The notes: a model not told the origin generated them from the letters alone. A DNA stretch of 13,771 bases from an uncultured archaeon (GCA_964510585.1 CAZECW010000070.1:1-13771); one strand, 5' to 3'. Positions 1 to 7,693 are shown, counted from the first letter of the stretch. Made by a program: numbers and translations.

Positions 1-1867
1 CCAATATGGCTTCCGCTGCTCTTACCGGATCTTTTTCCAAATTGAGTTGAGCGCCCGTTATTTGTTTCAAGTCCTGTGTTAACAACTTGACCAGGTTCGG
101 CCCTCCGGTTACCGTGGGCACCGGGTTAACGTAGGTGAAAAGTCCCAAGGCCAAGGCAAATATTGCGTCAATGGTTGCTTTTTGCTCCATGTATTCTGGC
201 GCAACAGCTGCAACAGGTAGGTCTGGTAAGGGTACTCCCCCAAGCGCATTTGAAACTGCAGCAAGTAGGTCGGCCAGACGCCCAGTATCGGTGCAGGTAC
301 CATAGCTTAAAACTGGGGGAATCTTTAGCTTTTCACAAATACTTCTCAGGCCCGGCCCCGCAAAATCTTTAGCTTCCAATGTGCAAAGACCAGCTACCTG
401 CATAGCTGCATTTCCGCATCCCATAGATAAAACCAGAACATCACGCTTAATCAGTTCCTTAGCCACGTTCACACTGTGTACGTCCTGACCATAATCCCTA
501 AGAGTGGTGCATGAAACAAGCCCTACAACCCCCCTCAAAGTTCCATTTTTTATTGCTTCGAGAAGTGGGTCAAGAGTTCCTCCCAAGGCTTCCAGAATGC
601 TTTCTGTGGAGAATCCAACTAAAACTTCTTTCATGGGTAGGTTGGTTACTGGTTCAATGGTGGCTCTGCGTTCCTTGAAGTTGTCTATAGCCATTTGCAG
701 TAGCTGTGCGGCCTGTTGCTCAGCTTTTTCGGGATCATAGTTTACCCTTTCTTTTACTCCCTCGAAGGCCACCAGTTCACTTACTGGTACCAGTTTGAAC
801 TTATACCTTTTAGCGTAGAATGGGTCGATTTGCATGGAACAGTTCATGTCGCAGGCGAAGAGGTCCACGCAGCCACTGGCCAGAACTGCTTCCTGTGAAA
901 TCCAGTTTCCAGTGAAACCGTAGAAGGCATTGTCCATATTCCATCTCTGAATCATTTCTTGACCTGTTTCGATACTCGCGATTACTCGCAGACCTTTTGC
1001 ACCTGCGGCTTTAGCCTTCTCCTGCCATTCCGGTTTTCGGGCAAGTTGAACCATGGCAAAGCCTAGGAAGGGTTCGTGGCCGTTTGGAAGCACGTTAACG
1101 TAGTCTGGATCCAAAACGCCTAAGTCAACCCTCATGGTGTGCGGTCTTGGAGTGCCGTAAAGGATGTCTTGGCAGTACTCGTTTACTATTTGGCTCTGAT
1201 AAGCCATAGCCAAGGCTAGACGCATAGCCTTAAAGGCCAAACTGGCATAGTAACCGTCAACATTTGTAAGACAGGAACTTGTGGCAAGCAACATCTCACC
1301 ATAAATTCCGCCCGGAAATATTCCCAGTCTCTTCCAGACCTCCTTACGTTCTGGGGGAGCTAGGGCCTCAACTATTTTGCTTGGCTCATAGTACTTTCTG
1401 TTGAAGTCTTCCTCCACAAAGTCACAAAAACGAATGGCGATTTCCTCCACTGAGCCGGAGGTGTCTATTCCCAGCCTCCTGGAGAATGTTTTCAATTTTT
1501 CTGGTTCTTTAATTTGGAATGGGGTTTTGCCCATGGCTGTGGCTCTGAGAGTTTTTATTGTTTGGTCTGTGTGGTAGTGGTAGGTTGATGCTCCCATAAC
1601 GTTTCTGAGTAGCATCATTCGCATAGCCATGCCATCGGCGGTGATGCCGCAGACTCCCCTCTTATCCTTTTCTGCATCCGCCCGGCAGGGTCCGTTTGAA
1701 CATAGGTCGCATCTGGCTCCTGCCTGACAGAAGGGACATCTTCTGTCTGGGTCTCCGCCCATTCCTTGGGCCTCAAAGCGATCCCAAATATTTGTCATAT
1801 TGTCTCTTTTTATCTTTTCATACATTTTCCTGACTGATTCGTGATATGAGATTCTGTCTTCCTTCAT
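1..1867 (-). CDS. cooS: CooS-family (Ni,Fe-CODH scaffold) protein, non-canonical CooS-V/clade-D-like; 3'-partial (622 codons in window, no stop)
   Basis: Hand translation from ATG 1867 (GGAGG RBS at 1875-1879): MKEDRISYHESVRKMYEK...RCPFCQAGARCDLCSNGPCR...GVCG (D/B clusters)...PNGHEP (H264)...ASIETGQE (E300)...DMNC (C343)...GLVSCTT (C453)...SMGCG (C484)...YGTCTDTGR (C525)...EYMEQKA (K563)...DPVRAAEAIL at the window edge. It is absent from the ORF track, consistent with having no stop in the window. Confidence 0.95.
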   Translation of the reverse strand, partial: MKEDRISYHESVRKMYEKIKRDNMTNIWDRFEAQGMGGDPDRRCPFCQAGARCDLCSNGPCRADAEKDKRGVCGITADGMAMRMMLLRNVMGASTYHYHTDQTIKTLRATAMGKTPFQIKEPEKLKTFSRRLGIDTSGSVEEIAIRFCDFVEEDFNRKYYEPSKIVEALAPPERKEVWKRLGIFPGGIYGEMLLATSSCLTNVDGYYASLAFKAMRLALAMAYQSQIVNEYCQDILYGTPRPHTMRVDLGVLDPDYVNVLPNGHEPFLGFAMVQLARKPEWQEKAKAAGAKGLRVIASIETGQEMIQRWNMDNAFYGFTGNWISQEAVLASGCVDLFACDMNCSMQIDPFYAKRYKFKLVPVSELVAFEGVKERVNYDPEKAEQQAAQLLQMAIDNFKERRATIEPVTNLPMKEVLVGFSTESILEALGGTLDPLLEAIKNGTLRGVVGLVSCTTLRDYGQDVHSVNVAKELIKRDVLVLSMGCGNAAMQVAGLCTLEAKDFAGPGLRSICEKLKIPPVLSYGTCTDTGRLADLLAAVSNALGGVPLPDLPVAAVAPEYMEQKATIDAIFALALGLFTYVNPVPTVTGGPNLVKLLTQDLKQITGAQLNLEKDPVRAAEAIL

Positions 1868-2042
1868 TACAAGCCCTCCAATCAAACATTTTACAAAAAT
1901 AGGAGTTATAAGTGATACTCAATAGAAATAAATAAATCTTTTCACTATAACAGTGGAATAATATTTTATAAATTTATTCATGATAACTCATTATGTTTTT
2001 CCGCTTTTAGTTTATAATTTATTAAAAATGTATGCGAAACAG

Positions 2043-2056
2043 AAATAAAAAAATAA
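2043..2056 (-). terminator. Probable archaeal oligo-T terminator of the esterase gene
   Basis: T7 run on the minus strand (plus-strand A run 2047-2053), about 20 nt after the TAG at 2073-2075. Confidence 0.4.
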
Positions 2057-2072
2057 GTTGTGTAGAATGGCT

Positions 2073-3143
2073 CTACTTGAACAGTTTTTGGATGAACTCG
2101 ACTATTTTGGCTATTGCCTCTTTTGCTTCGGGCAAGTCGTATAAGCCGAAGGATTGAAACACGTGAGGCATATCGTCCCACGTCTGCAATGTGGCGTCCA
2201 CGCCAGCCTTCTTGGCTTTCTCCACTAAGCGTTTGCAGCCTCCAAAAAGCATTTCAGTTGTGCTGGCTTGAATCAGTAGGGGCGGTAAACCCTTCAAATC
2301 TGCATAGATTGGTGAAATCAGGGGGTCGCTTGGGTCTGCTCCCCCCAGAAATGCTGGGATCCACCAGAAAAGCCCCACATCTGCAAGAACCGGGTCAGTC
2401 TTAGCGTTTTCAAAAAATGATTCGTCAGAGCCAGACCAGTCAGTTGCCGGCGAGAGACAGACAGCCCCAGCGGGTAAAGGTATTCCCTCATCTCTCAGTT
2501 TTAAGAGCGTTGTGAGCGTCAAGTTGCCCCCTGCTGAATCTCCTGCAATTACAATGTTTTTGGGTTTGATGCCCTGTGATAGAAGCCACTTGTATGCTTT
2601 GGTGCAATCCTCAAGCTGAGCTGGATGGGGATGCTCGGGTGCAAGGCGGTAGTCCACACTTAGCACACGCATCTTTGTTAATTGTCCCAGCGTGACAGTA
2701 AGTATTCGGTGAGTGTTGGGTGAGCCCAAGACCATGCCTCCCCCATGGAAGTATAGGAGGACTCGGTCTTTTTTGGCATTGGGGACTGTTTGCCACTCTG
2801 CGGGAACCCCGCCGGCATTGACTTTTTCTATTTTTACCTCTTTGGGGATTGGGTGCCTTTTCTGGTCCATGTCTGCTGCATAGTTGAATGCGTATCTGAA
2901 CAGTCTCGTTAAGAATTGCATTTCGTCTTTTGTTAACCATTTGTACAAGTCTTGTATTGTTCCCTCTCTCTTGAAGAAGCGCTCATTTCCCTCCATTAGT
3001 TTTTGCCACAGGGCTGGGAAGTTGACGCCTTGGTTCTCTTTGGCTTTGAGGAATTCTAAAACACCATTGGTTTGCTCCTTTAACAGTTCATCCATGAGTT
3101 TAAGCACGTCTGGACGAATTTTTGATCTATCTAAAATTGGCAT
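2073..3143 (-). CDS. Alpha/beta hydrolase fold-3 (HSL family IV) esterase/lactone hydrolase, 356 aa
   Basis: Oxyanion motif FHGGG, VDYRLAPEHP, nucleophile elbow GDSAG, acid residue E in IQASTTEML, catalytic His in DMPHVF. Confidence 0.92.
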   Translation of the reverse strand: MPILDRSKIRPDVLKLMDELLKEQTNGVLEFLKAKENQGVNFPALWQKLMEGNERFFKREGTIQDLYKWLTKDEMQFLTRLFRYAFNYAADMDQKRHPIPKEVKIEKVNAGGVPAEWQTVPNAKKDRVLLYFHGGGMVLGSPNTHRILTVTLGQLTKMRVLSVDYRLAPEHPHPAQLEDCTKAYKWLLSQGIKPKNIVIAGDSAGGNLTLTTLLKLRDEGIPLPAGAVCLSPATDWSGSDESFFENAKTDPVLADVGLFWWIPAFLGGADPSDPLISPIYADLKGLPPLLIQASTTEMLFGGCKRLVEKAKKAGVDATLQTWDDMPHVFQSFGLYDLPEAKEAIAKIVEFIQKLFK

Positions 3144-3189
3144 GCCTTTTCTAGCCCCTAAAAAATTGTTAGTGACTTTTTGTTGTAAG

Positions 3190-3199
3190 TTTTATAAAA
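3190..3199 (-). promoter_or_regulatory. TATA-box candidate for the esterase gene
   Basis: TTTTATAAAA about 47 nt upstream of ATG 3143 in AT-rich intergenic DNA. Confidence 0.4.
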
Positions 3200-3294
3200 A
3201 TGTTCCGCGAATCCACAAGGATTACTCAGTGAAATTATTGTTTTTTGGGGAAAAAGGGGTGATGTGAAGAATGGGGGGTTGTTTTTGCTATTTG

Positions 3295-4002
3295 TTATTT
3301 TTGGGCCTTTTTTGCTTTCCACCTTTTTAGTGCCCTTTCTTCGAGTATTTTTGAGTATTTTTCCCATTGGTCTTCTTCTTCGCCTTCCTTTTTTCTCCAG
3401 AGTCTAAAGCGGCATGTGTCTGCTCCTGCGGGGATTATCCATTTGAATTCTACGTCGAATTTGATTTCTCCTTTTTCTCTGAAGTATTTTCTTATGCCTT
3501 CCACCAGGTAACGTTGCACTCGGCAGTCGAATGGTTTGTAAACGTCTTGGTGGGGGCACCATAGAATATCAAATATACACTCGTCTTCATTTAGAATTTC
3601 TGGCTTCTCAATGGAGGTCCAGAGAACGGTGTTAATCCATGTTCCCACAAAACTGGTTTTCTCTATGTCAGTTGTGCCCTCTGGAAATTTTGCGTTTTCA
3701 AAACTCTGCCGGGCAACGTCGTATCCCACTTTTCTCAGTGCTTCACTGACCACCCTTTGACCTTCAGGACCAAAGTTTTCCTCCACATCCTCCATTATTT
3801 GCAGCACACTCATACCCATCATGGTTCCCCAAATGAGCAAGGTGGCGGGGTCAAAATCAGGTCTACCCATAACCTCCTTGCGAAATCTTTCCACAGCCTT
3901 TTTGTAGGGCTCCTCAAACTTTGTACCCTTCCAATTCTTTTCCTTACGTTCACCCTTAACGCATATTCCATCAGTAATCACGGGCAGATCACCACAATCC
4001 AC
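3295..4002 (-). CDS. V4R / L-2-amino-thiazoline-4-carboxylate-hydrolase-like protein of unknown function; probable start GTG 3981
   Basis: Long open frame with the pattern W-C-P-H...D-C-R...I-P-A-G-A-D-T-C-R-F typical of V4R/ATC-hydrolase-like domains. GGTGA sits 7 nt before GTG 3981, and a TTTTAA box at about 4021-4027 would place the TSS near 4000. Confidence 0.7.
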   Translation of the reverse strand: MDCGDLPVITDGICVKGERKEKNWKGTKFEEPYKKAVERFRKEVMGRPDFDPATLLIWGTMMGMSVLQIMEDVEENFGPEGQRVVSEALRKVGYDVARQSFENAKFPEGTTDIEKTSFVGTWINTVLWTSIEKPEILNEDECIFDILWCPHQDVYKPFDCRVQRYLVEGIRKYFREKGEIKFDVEFKWIIPAGADTCRFRLWRKKEGEEEDQWEKYSKILEERALKRWKAKKAQK

Positions 4003-4188
4003 TAAAAGATTTAAGGAAACTTAAAAGTTTTCTCTTTGAATGTATAGATTGTGCCGTCCATTACTCTGAACAAATGTAACAGCAAGATTGAGAACTATTA
4101 TTTCTCCGCGAACATTTGTACATTTTCACCTTAGTCTGGATCACCTTAATTGTAGAAGAATGGTTGATTTTTATTTTGAATGGCTTTA

Positions 4189-4683
4189 TTATACTTGGAC
4201 TAGATGGTTTTGGTAGTTTTCGACGAAGTATTTTTTGCCTTTACTGATAATTTTGTGTCCTTCTCTTTCTAGTAATTTTTTGTGGGCTTCCACTCCGCCT
4301 GGATATTTTTCGTTCAGAAGTCCGTCTGCTTTTAATGTACGCCAGTAGGGGTTAATGCTTTCCCTTCCTTCTTTTATGGTTTCTTGGGCGGCGTTGGCAG
4401 CGGTCATAATGAATATTCCCGTGGTTAGGGTGCAGCATGCTTCAACATTGTATTTCTTGGCGAGTTTCATGCAAATTTCCCTAATGGTTATGAGTTTGCC
4501 TTTGGGCACCGTTTTCATAACTTCTTCTACTTCGCGGGGATTAACAAGCACACACCTGTCGCCCACCTTCGCCCCCATCTTTTGTAGGGCTCTGAAGCAG
4601 GGTTCTCGACCGTCCAATTTTATTATCTTTGGAAAACCCTCCTTATCAGACATTTTCTCCCGCCACGATTTCCTCCTACCCAT
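4189..4683 (-). CDS. MGMT-family DNA-binding protein, alkyltransferase-like (no PCHR active site), 164 aa
   Basis: VPKGKLITIREI helix-turn-helix start, PYWRTLKADG at the PCHRV position, KYPGG...KKLLEREG C-terminus. AAGGTGG RBS at 4693-4699. Confidence 0.8.
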   Translation of the reverse strand: MGRRKSWREKMSDKEGFPKIIKLDGREPCFRALQKMGAKVGDRCVLVNPREVEEVMKTVPKGKLITIREICMKLAKKYNVEACCTLTTGIFIMTAANAAQETIKEGRESINPYWRTLKADGLLNEKYPGGVEAHKKLLEREGHKIISKGKKYFVENYQNHLVQV

Positions 4684-4776
4684 AAAATTTTGCCACCTTA
4701 AGTTAATCTAGGTACAATATGTGAAATAAGTTATAGTTTCAGGATATAACATTAGCGGTGTTCGGTTTTTGGCTAG

Positions 4777-4887
4777 GGTTTGGAAGTTTTCCCCTACACA
4801 TTGGAGGAATTGGAGGTTCCCCTTATTAGAGAAGCGTTAAGTAAGAGAATCATCCTATACGGAAAAGGGACACAATTCAGAAGCTGA
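4777..4887 (+). pseudogene. Possible C-terminal remnant of a minimal nucleotidyltransferase (MNT)-type gene
   Basis: Frame 4777-4887 reads GLEVFPYTLEELEVPLIREALSKRIILYGKGTQFRS*, resembling the MNT C-terminal pattern (E-x-F-x-Y-T-x-E-E...P-x-I-x-E-A-L...I-x-L-Y-G). It is preceded by in-frame stops (TAG 4774), and no GSxxxG/DxD N-terminal half is visible. Confidence 0.45.
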
Positions 4888-4903
4888 AAAAAGAATTTAT
4901 AAT
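4886..4903 (+). promoter_or_regulatory. BRE/TATA candidate upstream of the SIS-kinase operon
   Basis: GAAAAAAGAA followed by TTTATAAT. It lies about 150 nt from the start codon, so the assignment is uncertain. Confidence 0.3.
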
Positions 4904-5050
4904 ACAACAAGTAAAATTTAAACCGTAAGTAGAAAATATTCATAAAAACTAGCAACTATACACTTTTCTTGATTTTGAGAAAATTAATGGGTTTTGTGCC
5001 TTTTACAGAAGCGTAAATTAAATTTTTGGTTTAGTATGATTTAGCCCTAT

Positions 5051-6193
5051 GTGAGGAGAGTGGTGTTTGTGGCTAAGAGTACCGATGATGTTTCTTGGAC
5101 TCCGGAGATGTTGGAGAAGGGTGGTTATCCCCATTTTATGTTGAAGGAGATTCATGAGCAGCCGAAGGCTTTGAGAAATGCGCTCAGTTTAAGGTCAGAG
5201 GTTTGCCAGGAGGCGGCCCGGATTCTTAACGATTCCCAACAGGTATATATTACTGCGGCGGGTACATCGAATCATGCGGGGTTGGCTGGGCGTTACATGT
5301 TCACTAAACTTTCCCGTGTTCGAACTCAGAATATTTTGTCTTCTGAGTTTCCGGAGCTTACTGGGGAGCTTCTATGTGAGGATGATGTGGTTCTTGCCAT
5401 TAGCCAGTCTGGGGAGACAGCGGACACAATAAATGCAGTTAAACATGCTAAGAGGCAGGGTGCAAAAGTGGTTTCAGTGACAAATGTTGTGGGCAGCACT
5501 TTGAGTAAACTCTCCGACTATACTATTTATACTTATGCGGGGCCGGAGTATGGGCTTGCAGCCACCAAGACTTTCCTAGTTCAAGTTGCATGCTTATCCC
5601 TGCTATCGCTGGATTTATCTCTCATGAGGGGGTCTCTAAGTGATGGTGAGGTTAAAAATCTTAGAGAAGGGTTAATGAGTACGCCTCATGTGGTTGATAG
5701 GACGATTAAAAGGCAGGACAGGGTGGTTAGAGATATTGCTTATCAATATGCTAATAAGCAGAGCTTCTTTTTCTTGGGGCGTGGGATTAGCACCGCCACT
5801 GCCATGGAGGGTGCACTAAAGCTTAAGGAAACTGCCTATATCCACGCAGAAGCCTATCCTGCTGGGGAGTCCCGACATGGACCCATAGCCCTCATAGAGC
5901 CGGGGTTCCCGGTAATTGTAATTGCGCCTCCCGATGAGACTTATGATAGGCTGGTTAAAAATTTGGGAGAGGTCAAGGCGTACCAGGCGAAAATAATAAG
6001 CGTGGTACAGGAGAATGATTCTGAGGTAAGGACGTTGTCAGACCACCCGATTAGTATTCCGGAGACTATGCCAATGTTTTCTCCCATAACCTATGTGGTG
6101 CCGTTACAGTTATTCGCTTATTTTGTTGCGTTCAGGAGAGGGTACAATCCGGATAAGCCCCGCTATTTGGTTAAAGCGGTCAGGGAACTCTAA
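5051..6193 (+). CDS. GlmS isomerase-domain-only double-SIS protein (candidate glucosamine-6-phosphate deaminase, GlmD-like); true start may be GTG 5060/5063/5069
   Basis: KGGYPHFMLKEIHEQP, AAGTS, ISQSGETADT, VTNVVGSTL, AGPEYGLAATKTF, EGALKLKE, GESRHGP and C-terminal PRYLVKAV are GlmS C-terminal signatures. There is no N-terminal Cys1 glutaminase domain. GAGGAG RBS at 5053-5058. Confidence 0.88.
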   Translation: MRRVVFVAKSTDDVSWTPEMLEKGGYPHFMLKEIHEQPKALRNALSLRSEVCQEAARILNDSQQVYITAAGTSNHAGLAGRYMFTKLSRVRTQNILSSEFPELTGELLCEDDVVLAISQSGETADTINAVKHAKRQGAKVVSVTNVVGSTLSKLSDYTIYTYAGPEYGLAATKTFLVQVACLSLLSLDLSLMRGSLSDGEVKNLREGLMSTPHVVDRTIKRQDRVVRDIAYQYANKQSFFFLGRGISTATAMEGALKLKETAYIHAEAYPAGESRHGPIALIEPGFPVIVIAPPDETYDRLVKNLGEVKAYQAKIISVVQENDSEVRTLSDHPISIPETMPMFSPITYVVPLQLFAYFVAFRRGYNPDKPRYLVKAVREL

Positions 6194-6211
6194 AGGCATT
6201 GGTGAACATTT

Positions 6212-7693
6212 ATGCTTGCCAAAGAATGGACTGAGAAATATTTTCAGGCTCTAAAAGAGGTTGGCAGAAACATTGGACTCTGTCGCATATTTATCACGGG
6301 CTTAAATACTAATATTGATGGACTAAGACACGTCAAAGGCCAAGAAATTGAAAAGATAATAAATGAAGAAAAATTGGCGGAAGAAGTCCTGTACAAATTG
6401 AATAATCCTCCGAGGGAAATTGTGACTTTTTCCGATGTTTTGGCGGGTATACTCTACTGTGCCAAGACTGGTGATGGTGAAGAATGGTTTATTCGCGAGC
6501 CCAAAATTACTGAGGAGATAAAATCAGTTTTCGGCTACGATAGGCTTCGTATGGGTGGACAGTGTGGAATAATGACCAATGTGCTGGCCCTCATGAACCT
6601 TAAAGTTATACCGAATGTAGTGGAGCTTCCCCCACTGCAGGCAGAACAATTCACCAGCGATTATGGAGAAATCCTCATACCCCGATTTGAGAGTGGAAGA
6701 ATTGTTTTCAAGAAACCTTTGGAGGCAGCTAGAGAAGGCGACAAAGTTTTTATACATTGGATATTTGAATTCGACAACCAATTCAAAACAAAAATTAACC
6801 ACGAAATTGTTAAGGCACCAGTTGAAAACAGGTTCATAGCCACCTACGACGATGAAAACATTAAGCTAAAAACAGATCCCGCCTTTCGTGAGGGAACCAT
6901 AAAGGTAATCAAAGAAGTGGGGAGGGTAATACTGTCCGGTTATCATATGCTTCAGAAGTCTTATCCCGACGGTTCCAAGCCTGAAGACCACATAAGGGAA
7001 ACTTTAGAACTCATCGATTCTTGGAAAGAGAGAAATCCGGAAATTAGGATACACAGCGAAATAGGTTTCCTAGCTGATCCAGAGTTAAGAAAGTCTGTTC
7101 TTGATATGGTGGCTCCAAAAGTGGATTCCCTTGGTTTAAACGAGGATGAATTGGCGGATAATCTACATACGCTGGGGTGGAAGGATAATCTTGAAGAAAT
7201 AAAGGCTTTGGATGCCCCAAAAATTTACAAGGGTGCAAGAAAAATTTTAGAAAAATATTGCTTGTCGCGCATTATGGTGCACACCAGAGAATTCTCCCTA
7301 AGTTTGACCAACTCCAATTATGGAATCCATCCCCGAGACGAACTAAGTTCCATAATGTTTGGCTCACTATTCGCAGCCACACTTGCACACACTGGAAATT
7401 TTCCCACAATCCAAACCGCAGAAAAAACCCTCAAAAGCGGCGAACTAAAAGTGAGCGAAAGGGGCATATGGGAACACCGCAAACTTGCGGAACTACTTGA
7501 GAGTGAGGAGGGCTACCCCAAACAAAAATTTCTAGAAGAGGGATTCACGGAATCAGAACCCTCAGTAGCCTTCACCCCCTCAAAGTTAACAGAGCCCAAA
7601 GCCACCGTGGGAATGGGAGACACCATAACCTCAGCCACCCTAGCAGCGGAAGAAGCACTAACACGCAGAGCCAAAAAACACCAAAACAATTAA
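6212..7693 (+). CDS. ADP-dependent sugar kinase (ADP-GK/PFK family), glucokinase-type signature, 493 aa
   Basis: GLNTNID, RMGGQCGIM, IHWIFEF, NRFIATYDDEN, LSGYH, IHSE, SLGLNEDEL, VHT and TVGMGD anion-hole motif. GGTGA RBS at 6201-6205. Starts 18 nt after the upstream stop. Confidence 0.93.
   Translation: MLAKEWTEKYFQALKEVGRNIGLCRIFITGLNTNIDGLRHVKGQEIEKIINEEKLAEEVLYKLNNPPREIVTFSDVLAGILYCAKTGDGEEWFIREPKITEEIKSVFGYDRLRMGGQCGIMTNVLALMNLKVIPNVVELPPLQAEQFTSDYGEILIPRFESGRIVFKKPLEAAREGDKVFIHWIFEFDNQFKTKINHEIVKAPVENRFIATYDDENIKLKTDPAFREGTIKVIKEVGRVILSGYHMLQKSYPDGSKPEDHIRETLELIDSWKERNPEIRIHSEIGFLADPELRKSVLDMVAPKVDSLGLNEDELADNLHTLGWKDNLEEIKALDAPKIYKGARKILEKYCLSRIMVHTREFSLSLTNSNYGIHPRDELSSIMFGSLFAATLAHTGNFPTIQTAEKTLKSGELKVSERGIWEHRKLAELLESEEGYPKQKFLEEGFTESEPSVAFTPSKLTEPKATVGMGDTITSATLAAEEALTRRAKKHQNN

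Noticed and set aside
109-898. Short ORF-track entries 109..303, 163..372, 504..740 and 716..898
   Set aside because: All lie antisense or out of frame within the cooS coding region and have no recognisable motifs.
1-1867. Evidence for the Wood-Ljungdahl pathway or CO-based growth
   Set aside because: The protein is a CooS type with altered C-cluster ligands, not CdhA, and there are no ACS or maturation genes in the window.
1940-1957. Imperfect inverted repeat TTCACT-ATAAC-AGTGGAA upstream of cooS as a CooA/RcoM site
   Set aside because: It does not match the CRP-type TGTCA-N6-TGACA pattern, and it is too short to distinguish from chance.
1978-3367. ORFs 1978..2181, 2114..2404, 2611..2940, 2884..3267 and 3158..3367
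   Set aside because: They are shadows of the esterase and V4R-like genes or low-complexity read-through of terminator/promoter DNA, with no RBS or family signal.
3367-4711. Plus-strand ORFs 3367..3564, 3757..4005 and 4355..4711
   Set aside because: Antisense shadows of well-supported minus-strand genes.
4900-6193. Call as full glmS (GlcN6P synthase), a frameshifted glmS, or a glmS ribozyme upstream
   Set aside because: No Cys1 glutaminase sequence appears in any frame upstream. The leader is AT-rich with no ribozyme-like stems, and the ribozyme is known from bacteria.
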